From an uncultured Planctomycetia bacterium (lineage in GTDB: Bacteria > Omnitrophota > Gorgyraeia > Duberdicusellales > 4484-171), in NCBI GenBank assembly GCA_964483625.1, contig CAZABB010000007.1, positions 1 through 63,864 on the forward strand: a DNA stretch of 63,864 nt, given 5' to 3'. Of this stretch, positions 53,152 through 63,120 are shown in pieces (positions within the stretch are counted from its first letter, which is position 1; each line of letters starts with the position of its first letter). A model generated the notes under the pieces. It searched no databases, was not told where the DNA came from, and worked only from the letters and a program-made list of their open reading frames with translations. Both the position numbers and the translations under genes were made by a program.

Positions 53152-53967
53152 TTACGGTATATAATTCAACGGACGATATTCCACCTCATTAGGCGTAAAT
53201 GTCTCATTCTCCCTTTTAGGATCCAAACAAAGATACGCTGGTGTAGATGTCCCTGTCTTTCTTTTAGCTGTAAGAACTGTCCGATGCTTTCTCATTTTCT
53301 TAGAATACATATCATCGTGTACACGTACGTCACTAAATCCGACCATCTCCAACCATGACTGCAGTGCTGACCGTGAAGGAATATGATTGCCTAATGTTTT
53401 CCTTTCCCATCGATTCGGCCAGTATATTTTCACGATATTATCCTGGGAAGGAATAACATAGCTTCCCAGGACAAGCATTCCCTCATCATCTAAAAAATCA
53501 AATAGGATCTTACATAAACGTAACTGTTGTGCAACATGATATATAACTCCGGTACAATATATAAGATCAAACCTGCCAATTCTTTGAGTTTGTTCGGGTG
53601 TAAGAAAGCTTATATTGGTGTATATGACGCGGTAAGGCACTCTCAATTCCGGCAGCCACAAATCCAAGGTAGCTTTCTGTTCAGGCAACTCAATAAAAAC
53701 AATTTCTTTTATATTGATACGTCGATTAAGATCACGCGCGGCGCATCCCCAGAGCGGCCCGACTTCTAAAACACGCACAGATCGTCCGAAGGACAACAAT
53801 CCTTTTTGTTCTAAAGCGCGCGGGATTAAAGGAGTTGTTTTTAAATCGAAAAACCGCAATGGATCTGTTTTGCGATAATACGGCTCAGTGAGATGCCAGA
53901 AGATTTTTTTCCATAAGATCCGAATCTTTTTCAATAATGAAGCATCAAACATGTTCTTAACCCGCAT
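53152..53967 (-). CDS. Class I SAM-dependent methyltransferase-like protein
   Basis: VRVLEVGPLWGCAARDL (motif I variant), FDLIYCTGVIYHV, and DEGMLVLGS. Confidence 0.6.
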   Translation of the reverse strand: MRVKNMFDASLLKKIRILWKKIFWHLTEPYYRKTDPLRFFDLKTTPLIPRALEQKGLLSFGRSVRVLEVGPLWGCAARDLNRRINIKEIVFIELPEQKATLDLWLPELRVPYRVIYTNISFLTPEQTQRIGRFDLIYCTGVIYHVAQQLRLCKILFDFLDDEGMLVLGSYVIPSQDNIVKIYWPNRWERKTLGNHIPSRSALQSWLEMVGFSDVRVHDDMYSKKMRKHRTVLTAKRKTGTSTPAYLCLDPKRENETFTPNEVEYRPLNYIP

Positions 53968-55990
53968 TTTCCTTCCCTGAAGGAATAATTGTTTTTACAA
54001 TTGAATTATATTCGCATCCCCGAGAGAGGAGACTTAACGGAATCCTTGCTAATATTCTTCCCCTCCCACTCGCATCATTTCCATATAATCTGACATAATC
54101 AGCAATGATCTGTTTCAACTCATCTGTCATTTTAAAAACTATTGTGGTCGTACCGAGGAATTGTTTTATACCCTTACGGAATCCGTTTTTCTCCCAGGAC
54201 AGAATATCAAAAGAGAATTCCTCACAGACCTCATCTTCTTTAGAGGTATCAAATATATTCCCGCGTCGCGAAACACAATATCGGCCCAAATCATCTAAAA
54301 TACGCCTGTCGGCTTGATGAGGGCACCTTCGCACCGTCACCCTGAGGGCTAAATCTACGAATGAGGGTAAATTATCTAGACAAATCGCATGATATTTCAA
54401 TAAGAGGTTATCCCCCTGTTCTCCCGCAAGAAGCTTCTGAAAATGCACATCGTCATCGTAGCAACTCAGCAGTTGACCCTCATCCTCCCATGCTTCCGTT
54501 TTTGCCTCCCGGCAAAAACATTGATAAATCTCTCCTGCTCTCCCTTTATCAATTCGTATCGTCTCGTAAATATCCGTCAACCAATCAAAAAGTGGGATGC
54601 CGATCTCTTTTAGATAACGTACTAATTCTTTTATCGCCTGAAAATTGTAAAACGAAGACAACACAAAATGGAATCCCCTTAAATAGAGATAATCTTCCCA
54701 AGATATCGTATCGGTTGAAACACATACCGTTTCCGATTCTACTATCTTACTCCCCTGATATACGCCAAAATTGCGAGGGATTACCCGGTATCTTTTTAAC
54801 ATCTGAAACCGATCATAATAGGCGTCCTCTTTTAATGGCGTATTCTCTAAAAGCATCAAGGTATAGGGATTTACAAAATCCATCCCGGCCTCTATAGCTT
54901 TTTTTATACCGGCAAGATGAGTTTCTTTCGACTCTCGGGGCATGGGGATGATAAGTTCACAATTGGAAAACATGGTCTCCTCTTCGCGTAGTTCGTCCAT
55001 GATGCTTTTATAACGCTCAAAAGGCAAATTTTCCCTTTTTATTTCTTTCAAAGTAGCCTCGTTAAAACTCTGCACAGAGGCAGAGAAATAAATCGATTTG
55101 CCAAGTTTTCCGATACAACGAGCAACCCTCTCTTTATTGCTTTTTGCCGTTGCCGCGTTTACCATAAGCGGCCAGCCGTTTGTTTCTTTTGTTTCGCGTA
55201 ATTTCTGTGCGATCCGACAATCGCGCTCAAAGATACCGAAGTTACTGTCGGTAACATGTAATGACCGGGATTTTACCCGAGGGGCGATATAATCTACTTC
55301 CGCCAAAACTCGGGAAAGATCAAACTCATATATCTTATTATAATATTGATCACTACAAACACAGTACGCACAGGAAAAAGGACAGCCGCGGTTAGTCTGC
55401 AAGATCGGGACAAATCCATCAAAAAGAAACTCATCTAATAAACCAGTTAAATAAGGAGAGGGGATACTGTCAAGAGAATCGACCCGTTTAGGTTCCCCGG
55501 GACCGACAAATCTCTCTTCACTCATAAAACAACATCCTTCAAGAGGCCCCTGTTTGATCTTATCTACATCCAATCCCGCCGCAAGTAATCTTTGTACAAG
55601 CTCTAAAAAGGCGATCTCACCTTCCCGATAGACATAAAAATCTACCTGTCCATGGTGACGAAGAAACTCTTCTTGCCTGTTTTTGCTTTTAGGAAAATGT
55701 GGCCCGCCCATAACAGTAACCAGATCCGGTTTCTGTTTTTTGGCCAGAGAGAGATAGAAATAATTGAGCCGAGAATTCCATATATAATTACTTGCCCCCA
55801 GGATATCCGGCATCTTCTTCTTTAAAGCCTGCTCGAATTTATCCGGGTGATTAAAAATACGTATAACGCATTCCTCAGGAAGGTATTGCTTTAGATATGC
55901 GGCAAGATATCCCAGATTAAGCGGGATAGCTTCCTGAGAAGGCCTGCCGTCGCGAATATGGGTTAGATTAAGTAAGTATATGGCCGCCAT
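53957..55990 (-). CDS. B12-binding-domain radical SAM enzyme (class B; candidate C-methyltransferase)
   Basis: 677 aa. The N-terminal B12-binding-like Rossmann has LNLGYLAAYLK...PDILGASNYIW...VTVMGGPHF. The radical SAM core is ILQTNRGCPFSCAYCV, followed by a long C-terminal domain. Confidence 0.75.
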   Translation of the reverse strand: MAAIYLLNLTHIRDGRPSQEAIPLNLGYLAAYLKQYLPEECVIRIFNHPDKFEQALKKKMPDILGASNYIWNSRLNYFYLSLAKKQKPDLVTVMGGPHFPKSKNRQEEFLRHHGQVDFYVYREGEIAFLELVQRLLAAGLDVDKIKQGPLEGCCFMSEERFVGPGEPKRVDSLDSIPSPYLTGLLDEFLFDGFVPILQTNRGCPFSCAYCVCSDQYYNKIYEFDLSRVLAEVDYIAPRVKSRSLHVTDSNFGIFERDCRIAQKLRETKETNGWPLMVNAATAKSNKERVARCIGKLGKSIYFSASVQSFNEATLKEIKRENLPFERYKSIMDELREEETMFSNCELIIPMPRESKETHLAGIKKAIEAGMDFVNPYTLMLLENTPLKEDAYYDRFQMLKRYRVIPRNFGVYQGSKIVESETVCVSTDTISWEDYLYLRGFHFVLSSFYNFQAIKELVRYLKEIGIPLFDWLTDIYETIRIDKGRAGEIYQCFCREAKTEAWEDEGQLLSCYDDDVHFQKLLAGEQGDNLLLKYHAICLDNLPSFVDLALRVTVRRCPHQADRRILDDLGRYCVSRRGNIFDTSKEDEVCEEFSFDILSWEKNGFRKGIKQFLGTTTIVFKMTDELKQIIADYVRLYGNDASGRGRILARIPLSLLSRGCEYNSIVKTIIPSGKENAG

Positions 55991-56897
55991 ATTTATTTTC
56001 CTTAAGAGCCATCACATCAATATAAGGCACCCGGGGATATAATACGCTTTCTTTACGGGCAACATGCAATTCAATACCGGCCGGTTTTAAGACAAAATCA
56101 TTGAACGCATGAACGGTTACATCAAATGGATGTTTATTTTTCGTAGGGTACATCCCTCCGTACAGTTGTTTTCTTCTTTTTTCTTTAGGAGCGTGTTTGA
56201 TTTCGTTTACGGCCCACTGAGCCTCTTCGTAATCTTCATAAAACGCCACACCATGATTCATCTCGCAACCCAACAGGATGATTCTCTTATATCTCATTTC
56301 GAATGCTACATAAAGCATCTCGTTGAGAGTGCCACGGTACATATAACGCCCTTTAAAGTCGTCGGCACGAAAACAACGCGTTGCCGGACAATTTACGAAT
56401 TTCGGGTATTTGTAACGACAGACAGTCGAATCTGGCGAAAACCACTCCGGAATAAGGCAGGGTCGCATCCCTCTCTTCCAGGCCCGATCAGAAACCATTT
56501 GGACCGTATTCCGATAGTCCCACCTTCTCTTTTTAAACAATTCGGTCTGTCTCCTTCCTACGGAAGGATCACGGTTATATTCAAAATGGAAATAGGTCGG
56601 GACAAACTGATGGTACAAAAAATAGTTAAACGCCAGGCTGTCAAAACTACGTACAACGTCCCATTCTGCTTCTGTGACTTTTTTAATCAAACTGCCGCAG
56701 CCAAGAATAAAAAGCGTATCACTTTTCTTTTTGATTCTTTCTTCTTCAATATTTATCACCTTGACCATTTTGCGGCAATTCTTACAATAAAGGAAAGGCC
56801 ATTTATACAGATTGACATACGTAATCGGGATAAATACTCGATATATCCAGACAAACAATTTTTTTATTTTAATACCGACGGCTTTTATTAATTTCAT
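55968..56897 (-). CDS. Hypothetical; GT42 (CstII-like)/DUF115-like candidate nonulosonate transferase
   Basis: 309 aa. TLFILGCGSLIKKV...FDSLAFNYFLY parallels the GNGPSL...FRCNQFYF start of CstII/Maf-type proteins. The later LNEMLYVAFEMRYKRIILLGCEM parallels ITSGVYMCAVAIALGYKEIYLSGIDF. It sits directly upstream of the neuA-like gene. Confidence 0.4.
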   Translation of the reverse strand: MKLIKAVGIKIKKLFVWIYRVFIPITYVNLYKWPFLYCKNCRKMVKVINIEEERIKKKSDTLFILGCGSLIKKVTEAEWDVVRSFDSLAFNYFLYHQFVPTYFHFEYNRDPSVGRRQTELFKKRRWDYRNTVQMVSDRAWKRGMRPCLIPEWFSPDSTVCRYKYPKFVNCPATRCFRADDFKGRYMYRGTLNEMLYVAFEMRYKRIILLGCEMNHGVAFYEDYEEAQWAVNEIKHAPKEKRRKQLYGGMYPTKNKHPFDVTVHAFNDFVLKPAGIELHVARKESVLYPRVPYIDVMALKENKYGGHILT

Positions 56898-57535
56898 TCT
56901 CCACCTGTACTCTTTAATATTTCTTCCGCAAGCCAGAAATCAAATTCTTCATCGATTTCAATATTGTATTTCCTATCAAGCAAAACCTGCTCTATCCTCT
57001 TTCCATACCGGTCGCCTTTTCGTATTACATCAGCTTTTATAACATATACGTTGCCGTCATCGTAAAAAAAACCTTGCATGTCCTGCCGCCGCTTGTTATT
57101 ACTGGCATACGGAGCATATTTACACATAAAACCCGTAGCCAACGAATCGGCTCCTGTCTCGATAAACTTTTTTATACATTCATCTATGAGGCCGGCATAG
57201 CGCATAGGAGATGTCGCCTGCAGTAATACGACGATATCGGCGCTGATATGTTCAAGCACATGCTGTAATACAGCCAATGTCGATGTTTCATCCTGTGCCA
57301 GCTCATAAGGCCGTGCAAGGACCTTAGCTGAATACTTTTCAGCCACTGCGGCAATCTCTGAATCTTCGGTCGAAATAATATATTCATCCAGCAATTTTGA
57401 ATTCCGGGCGGATTCAATAGTCCAGGCAATCAACGGTTTTCCCGCTAATTCCTTAATATTCTTACGCGGAATACCTTTACTGCCTCCCCTCACCGGGGTT
57501 ACTCCTAAAATTTTCCCCTCTATACCATATCCCAT
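56894..57535 (-). CDS. Acylneuraminate (nonulosonate) cytidylyltransferase, NeuA/PseF/LegF type
   Basis: ILGVTPVRGGSKGIPRKNIKELAGKPLIAWTIESA is the canonical CMP-NulO synthetase N-terminus. 213 aa. Confidence 0.82.
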   Translation of the reverse strand: MGYGIEGKILGVTPVRGGSKGIPRKNIKELAGKPLIAWTIESARNSKLLDEYIISTEDSEIAAVAEKYSAKVLARPYELAQDETSTLAVLQHVLEHISADIVVLLQATSPMRYAGLIDECIKKFIETGADSLATGFMCKYAPYASNNKRRQDMQGFFYDDGNVYVIKADVIRKGDRYGKRIEQVLLDRKYNIEIDEEFDFWLAEEILKSTGGE

Positions 57536-58584
57536 GTTAAGACCTCATCTTCTTTAATATCACGTTTTGCTTTCTTACCGACAATCTCCTCTAAACACCG
57601 CGGCGCAATACCCGTTGCCGGACGTTTCACTATAATCATTTCTTTGGTAATCATCGTTTCTTTGCCGATATCTTTTTTAGCAACAAGGCTCCTTCTTGCC
57701 CACCGCCGCGCTTTTTCCTCACAGGCTAAAGGAACTTTCGCACTCGATCCCAATACCCGACCGACAGTATCAAATCCCTTCATCAGACGATTGAGATCGT
57801 CATAATCGGCGGAAATCGCATGATCATACCCCGGCCGCGTTTTATCGAACGTGAAATGTTTTTCAATAACTTTCGCCCCCAGCGCGACAGCCGCAATAAG
57901 TACACTGTTTGAAACAGAATCAAGCGTATGATCGGAATATCCCACCGGGTACTGCGGGAATGTTTCCATCAGGTGCTTCATCATATTCAGATTCACATCT
58001 TGCACCTGAGTGGGGTAATTTGTCACACAATGAAGAATCGCAATCTGTCCGTTTCCTTGTGATTCAAGGATACCGACCGCCTCCTTAATCTCTTCCATTG
58101 ACGCAGCACCGGTAGAAATAATCACCGGCTTGTTTTTCGCCGCCACATGCCGCAAAAGAGGCAGATGGGTAATATCCATGGAACTTATTTTATAAAGAGG
58201 CACATCAAGTTTCTCAAGCATATCGGCTGAATCCTCATCGGAAGGAGTGGAAAAAAAGATAATCCCCTCATCATCGGCAATTTTCTTCAAATACCGGTAT
58301 TCATCGAATTTTAAAAGCGGGGTCTGGCTAAACTCCTCATACTGCGTCTGACCGGGACATCCCTCGATATCCCAGAATTTAGGTGCCGTGCGAGTAACGA
58401 TTTTTTCAGGAACAAATGTCTGGAATTTGACCGCGTCCGCCCCCTCCTTTGCCGCGATACGAATCATCTCCTCAGCTCGCGACACGTCTCCCTCAAAATT
58501 GCACCCGATCTCTAAAATAAAAAACGGCTTCCCCTTTCCTCCAATTACTTTCCTGCCGATTTCTATCTGTTTAAACGTATTCAT
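57520..58584 (-). CDS. Nonulosonate synthase, NeuB/PseI/LegI family (second copy)
   Basis: PFFILEIGCNFEGD, KFQTF, IISTGA, CVTNYPT, YSDHTLD, and a C-terminal SAF domain (MIIVKRPATG). Confidence 0.85.
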   Translation of the reverse strand: MNTFKQIEIGRKVIGGKGKPFFILEIGCNFEGDVSRAEEMIRIAAKEGADAVKFQTFVPEKIVTRTAPKFWDIEGCPGQTQYEEFSQTPLLKFDEYRYLKKIADDEGIIFFSTPSDEDSADMLEKLDVPLYKISSMDITHLPLLRHVAAKNKPVIISTGAASMEEIKEAVGILESQGNGQIAILHCVTNYPTQVQDVNLNMMKHLMETFPQYPVGYSDHTLDSVSNSVLIAAVALGAKVIEKHFTFDKTRPGYDHAISADYDDLNRLMKGFDTVGRVLGSSAKVPLACEEKARRWARRSLVAKKDIGKETMITKEMIIVKRPATGIAPRCLEEIVGKKAKRDIKEDEVLTWDMV

Positions 58585-58589
58585 CTCTT

Positions 58590-59315
58590 TTATACTTTCT
58601 TCAAAGCAATACCCTCTTGAGAAGGTAAATTTTGCCCTTCGGTAATAATCCTCAAACTCTCCTGTCCGTGATTAAACAGCACATCAAGCACCGACATCGC
58701 CGGAACAAAGTCACCATGAAGCTGGGAATGCTGAGGATATCGGTAATCGTGAAAGGTAACGTTAATTTTTTTTCCTTTCCACGTTTTCAAATCAAGATAA
58801 TCCCTGCCGGCCGGGCCGGAAAGATACTCATCCGCTTTAACATCTGTACAGATATTTACTAACAATTCTTCTTTTTTCCCTGCTGCCTTTAACTCCGACG
58901 CCTTTTTTACGGGCGTATCAACTTTGATGCTCTCAAGAAGGTAACATAACGATGCTTCAATAAGATCCACCAGGTACGTCCATTCTGTCTGATACATCTT
59001 TTCAAAAAACCCGGCATAATCGGAAAAATAAGGCGCTTTTTTGTACGCATGATAAATACTCTGCCAGTGATCGTTTCTCCAATTGATGGCGTTATTAATA
59101 TGTACATCTTTGATCAACTGACCAAAATTACCTTTCATAAGCACAGGAACGGTAAGCCAAATCCAACCTCCCGCCGTCTTGATTTTATTACGGTTAATAA
59201 GATAATTTTTTGAATACGCCACGTTATCCAGTAAGACAAACTGATCACACCGGGAAATCCGGTCGAACAACCCGGCCCACGGTAAATACATCGGCTGATG
59301 AATCCCTATCCGCAT
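58590..59315 (-). CDS. WbqC-family protein
   Basis: MRIGIHQPMYLPWAGLFDRISRCDQFVLLDNVAY... matches my memory of the WbqC-like family N-terminus (HQP.ylPw.G.f.ki). The family has no established function. Confidence 0.6.
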   Translation of the reverse strand: MRIGIHQPMYLPWAGLFDRISRCDQFVLLDNVAYSKNYLINRNKIKTAGGWIWLTVPVLMKGNFGQLIKDVHINNAINWRNDHWQSIYHAYKKAPYFSDYAGFFEKMYQTEWTYLVDLIEASLCYLLESIKVDTPVKKASELKAAGKKEELLVNICTDVKADEYLSGPAGRDYLDLKTWKGKKINVTFHDYRYPQHSQLHGDFVPAMSVLDVLFNHGQESLRIITEGQNLPSQEGIALKKV

Positions 59316-60415
59316 AACACCTCTTTCAAACTGTTTACGACATATTCGGCATCTTCATCGGTAATGAACGGATGAATCGGCAAAGTGATTTGCTGTTTTA
59401 ACACCTTTTCGGCAACCGGGAAATCGCCTTCACGATGCCCGAATAAATCCCGGTATACCGGTTGTAAATGGCAAACCGGCCAATATACGCTTTCAAGCTC
59501 AATGTTATGTGTATTTCTAAACTCATTTTTAAACCGGCCGGCATCGATTGTACTATCCAGCTGGACAGGAAATTTATAATAACTGGGAACGGAACCGGTA
59601 GAAACCGGTAACACTCTAATTTCCTTGACGGCTTTTAACAATTCGCAATATTTATGTGCGATATGTTTACGCGTATCGAGCATAGATTCAAGATCCCGCA
59701 ATTGATACAATCCCACTGCAGCCCGAATCTCATCCATAAACCAGTCATTCCCTATATGAATAATTTCAGACATCGCCCGGCCCCGGCCATGGCATCTCAC
59801 GCTCTGGGCAAATTCATAAAGGTCATCGGAATCGGTCGTAATCATCCCGCCGGTACCCGTCGTCATTATTTTGGTAGGATAGAAAGAAAAACATCCCGCA
59901 TATCCCCATTTTCCGGCTTTGGTATCTTTAAAACTGGCGCCAACCGCGTGAGCGCAATCTTCAATAAGAACAATTCCCTTTTGCGTACAGAGCTTTTTCA
60001 AATACTCGATATCATCTGAGATTATCCCGGCGATATGAGTAATAATGACTGCCTTTGTTTTAGGGGTTATCTTTTTTTCGACTTCGGTAACATCAAGATT
60101 ATACGTACCTCCCTTGATATCAGACAATACCGGACGGCCGCCGGCAAACAGGACCGCGTTTCCGGTCGCGATAAACGTATTGGTAGAGATGATGACTTCT
60201 CTGTCTTTTACATCTAAAAACCGCAATACGATCTCTAAAGCCGTCGTACAGGAATTTACCGATAGAGCGTATTTTGTACCGGTATAAGCGGAAAATTCTT
60301 TCTCAAAATTTTCGGTCATCTCCCCGCCCATAAGCCTGCCTGAATCTAATATCTCGGCAAGTTTTCCCAGAATTTCGCTTTTATTTCGGAAAAACGGCCG
60401 TGCTACTTGAATCAT
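59306..60415 (-). CDS. DegT/DnrJ/EryC1-family aminotransferase (PseC/LegC-like)
   Basis: 369 aa with FEKEFSAYTGTKYALSVNSCTTAL, REVIISTNTF, and FSFYPTKIMTTGTGG (PLP Lys). Confidence 0.85.
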   Translation of the reverse strand: MIQVARPFFRNKSEILGKLAEILDSGRLMGGEMTENFEKEFSAYTGTKYALSVNSCTTALEIVLRFLDVKDREVIISTNTFIATGNAVLFAGGRPVLSDIKGGTYNLDVTEVEKKITPKTKAVIITHIAGIISDDIEYLKKLCTQKGIVLIEDCAHAVGASFKDTKAGKWGYAGCFSFYPTKIMTTGTGGMITTDSDDLYEFAQSVRCHGRGRAMSEIIHIGNDWFMDEIRAAVGLYQLRDLESMLDTRKHIAHKYCELLKAVKEIRVLPVSTGSVPSYYKFPVQLDSTIDAGRFKNEFRNTHNIELESVYWPVCHLQPVYRDLFGHREGDFPVAEKVLKQQITLPIHPFITDEDAEYVVNSLKEVLCG

Positions 60416-61337
60416 ACATTTTCTCCTGAACTTCTTTTATGTATTTTGTCAATGCCTCATCGAAAGGATACAGGCGCAAATCCCCTATTTTTTCTTTAAG
60501 TTTATCCACCGCAAGCCATCGATCGACAGGCTTACTGTTTCCTGAAGTATCTACGATTTCAACTTCCCGGCCATATACCCGTTGAAAAACATCCCGCACA
60601 TTACAGGCTAAAGAACGAATACTTTGCGGCCGGCCGCTTCCTATATTCAAAATATTATTTTCTCTATTCTGCCGCCGCAGAAGCTCTAACATAATCCGGC
60701 ATACATCATCGATAAAAATAAAATCGAGCTTCTGTTCTCCTCCACCCTGCAATATGAGAGGTTTACCTTCAAACGCAGATTTTATAAAATGGAAAATGAC
60801 TTCCTCCGGGTTTATCCCGCTTCCGAAACCAAAAATGTTGGCGAAACGTAAAATCGTATAATTCATATCGCAGGAGATGATCTCCTGCTCCGAAAGTGCC
60901 TTCGACCAGCCATATATCTCCTGCGGCGCAAGCACCATATCTTCATGAAACGACAACCGGCCTTCTGTCTGACCGTACGCCCAATAGGTCGAGGCAAACA
61001 GAATTTCTTTAACCGAATGGCGCTTGGCATATTCAAGCAAAAGATGGGTCCCCCATACATTTGTCGCGATGACATCTCTTACTTTATCGGCACACTGCCC
61101 GGCTCCTTTGATCGCGGCAAGATGGATAATCGTATCTACTCCTTCCAAGGATTCCTCAAGCACCTTGCTATCAGTCATGTCCCCTTCGATAAACGTTACC
61201 CCAGGCCAATCCTGCCGGAGAAAATTTTCGGGACAAGAAGGATAGACCAGCGCGTTTATCTGAAAATCATTTTGAAGATACTTAAGTAGAGTACTGCCCA
61301 GATATCCGTTGGCGCCGGTAAGAAAAATTCTCTTCAT
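60381..61337 (-). CDS. NAD-dependent epimerase/dehydratase (extended SDR)
   Basis: MKRIFLTGANGYLGSTL (GxxGxxG) and catalytic YGWSKALSE (YxxxK). 318 aa. Confidence 0.82.
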   Translation of the reverse strand: MKRIFLTGANGYLGSTLLKYLQNDFQINALVYPSCPENFLRQDWPGVTFIEGDMTDSKVLEESLEGVDTIIHLAAIKGAGQCADKVRDVIATNVWGTHLLLEYAKRHSVKEILFASTYWAYGQTEGRLSFHEDMVLAPQEIYGWSKALSEQEIISCDMNYTILRFANIFGFGSGINPEEVIFHFIKSAFEGKPLILQGGGEQKLDFIFIDDVCRIMLELLRRQNRENNILNIGSGRPQSIRSLACNVRDVFQRVYGREVEIVDTSGNSKPVDRWLAVDKLKEKIGDLRLYPFDEALTKYIKEVQEKMYDSSSTAVFPK

Positions 61338-62464
61338 GAAACTGATACCTTTTGTGCTTTCTTTTTTACCAATATATCCATAATACGCCCGGCAACTCTT
61401 TCTGTTCCCAGCCCGTCAACGAGCTTCTTCCCATGAATACTCAACTCAGACCGTGTGCTGTCTGAAAGAAGAACTTCACCTGTTTTTCCCGCGATATATT
61501 CACAGGAGACATCCGTTCCTATCCCCAGATTCACTGCCGCCTGGTTCTGGACGAACTGCCGGGCAACAAGATCATGATCTTTATGGTGACACAGGATAAG
61601 CGAAGGAACTCCGAAACAGGCAAGTTCATAGAGGGTATTGCCCGCGGCGGTAATAGCAAGATCACTCTTTGCCATCAATTGATACATCTTATTTTTTGAA
61701 ACATTCCATTGAAACTGATAGTCACCTTTTAAAGACGGTATTATCTCTTGCAACTCTTTTTTGTGCGCTTGCAAGAAACCTCCTCCTACCACGACAATAA
61801 CTTTTTGGTCAAGGTTTAACGTTTCCAGAGCCTGAATCGTTTTCATTGTCAATTTATACGGATCGGTACCCCCTTGTGTTACCAGTATCTGAGCACATTG
61901 AGGAGGAATTTTTTTTACCTGTTTCCACACCCCATGTAACTGAGCGTCAAGAAGTGCGTATTTCGGGCCGATCACGTATCTCTCTTTTTGCGAAAACTTA
62001 TCATAAAACTTCTTATCCTGGCCAATGTGAAAATTAACGGCAAGATCAGCCGGGATTTCCGAATGTATCGTATCGTCAAATAAAACAACATAGGCAAATT
62101 TTCGATTTTGCCATTGCCTCATATATGAATCATCGATGACAATCGCTCCGTTATCGACACGATTTAGCCGCAACAGATCAACGATGAAAACATCTGGATT
62201 AAAATCGGCGATAGCGGTCTCGGTAAAAAGAATTTCATCATGCATACTATTTGTTCCCGAGACAAACTGAACGTTATATCCGGCACCACGAATACATTTG
62301 ACCCCGGGATGATAATCCCTTGTTAAAAACAGAATCTCCACATCAACCTTTTCTTGAAGACTATCCAGCAAAGAAAGACACTCACCGACATGCCCCATGC
62401 CGATACGGTTGCCTGAATCAACGCGTACTAAAATCTTGCATTTCTTCTCTTTGTTCATTGCCAT
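61334..62464 (-). CDS. PseG-like UDP-sugar hydrolase / GT28-C-terminal-domain protein
   Basis: KILVRVDSGNRIGMGHVGECLSLLDSL resembles the PseG N-terminus (R.D....G.GH..RC..LA). The C-terminal half has AITAAGNTLYELACFGVPSL. Confidence 0.55.
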   Translation of the reverse strand: MAMNKEKKCKILVRVDSGNRIGMGHVGECLSLLDSLQEKVDVEILFLTRDYHPGVKCIRGAGYNVQFVSGTNSMHDEILFTETAIADFNPDVFIVDLLRLNRVDNGAIVIDDSYMRQWQNRKFAYVVLFDDTIHSEIPADLAVNFHIGQDKKFYDKFSQKERYVIGPKYALLDAQLHGVWKQVKKIPPQCAQILVTQGGTDPYKLTMKTIQALETLNLDQKVIVVVGGGFLQAHKKELQEIIPSLKGDYQFQWNVSKNKMYQLMAKSDLAITAAGNTLYELACFGVPSLILCHHKDHDLVARQFVQNQAAVNLGIGTDVSCEYIAGKTGEVLLSDSTRSELSIHGKKLVDGLGTERVAGRIMDILVKKKAQKVSVS

Positions 62465-63120
62465 TTCTCTCTCATCGTCATAAATGCTTCCGCCACTTTA
62501 AGCCCGATTTCTGTGCCCCGTTTTTCTGAAAGCGCGATGATCGCTTTTTCCGAACGGGGATGGGGAAATGTCTTAAACTCATCCTCATAACACCGCATTG
62601 CTTCGATTTTCTGTTTCAGGTACGGTTCGATATCGACATAAAAATTCGGCAAAAACGCAAGTTCCCTAAACGGTGGTATTTGATCGGTGGACGAAAGCAC
62701 CTCATAACTCATCACTTTCTTAAGCGCAGGATTGGCAAAGGTGCGACAGGCGATGATGCCTGCGTTAAACGCCGCTTTATGATCCTGGTTGGTATCACCG
62801 GCATGGTTTAAATAGACGACTTCAGGTACGACTTTTTTAAATACCTCTTCTAACGGCACCAGTATATCTATAGTACGGGCATCTAGTTGTTCATCTTTGA
62901 GGTTAAGAAATATTGCCTCTTGATATCCTAAAATATCTTTTGCACCGAGCGCGCCGTTTTTTTGACGTTGAATACGTTTTTCATCATAGGTATGGTTATA
63001 AGCGCGGTTAGCCAGCATACATACCGTTACCGCATCGTTTTGACGGACGTGCTTAACGATAGTACCGCCCATACCCAATACTTCATCATCCATGTGTGCC
63101 GAAATAACCAATACCCTCAT
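62455..63120 (-). CDS. PIG-L/LmbE-family N-deacetylase
   Basis: MRVLVISAHMDDEVLGMGGTI (AHxDDE zinc motif) and later NQDHKA. 221 aa. Confidence 0.78.
   Translation of the reverse strand: MRVLVISAHMDDEVLGMGGTIVKHVRQNDAVTVCMLANRAYNHTYDEKRIQRQKNGALGAKDILGYQEAIFLNLKDEQLDARTIDILVPLEEVFKKVVPEVVYLNHAGDTNQDHKAAFNAGIIACRTFANPALKKVMSYEVLSSTDQIPPFRELAFLPNFYVDIEPYLKQKIEAMRCYEDEFKTFPHPRSEKAIIALSEKRGTEIGLKVAEAFMTMREKWQ

Noticed and set aside
56109-56891. 260-aa plus-strand ORF, the longest antisense ORF in the window
   Set aside because: It is antisense to the 309-aa CstII/DUF115-like gene, which is translationally coupled to both neighbours by 4-nt and 23-nt overlaps. The plus-frame product is Phe/Arg-rich with no motifs.
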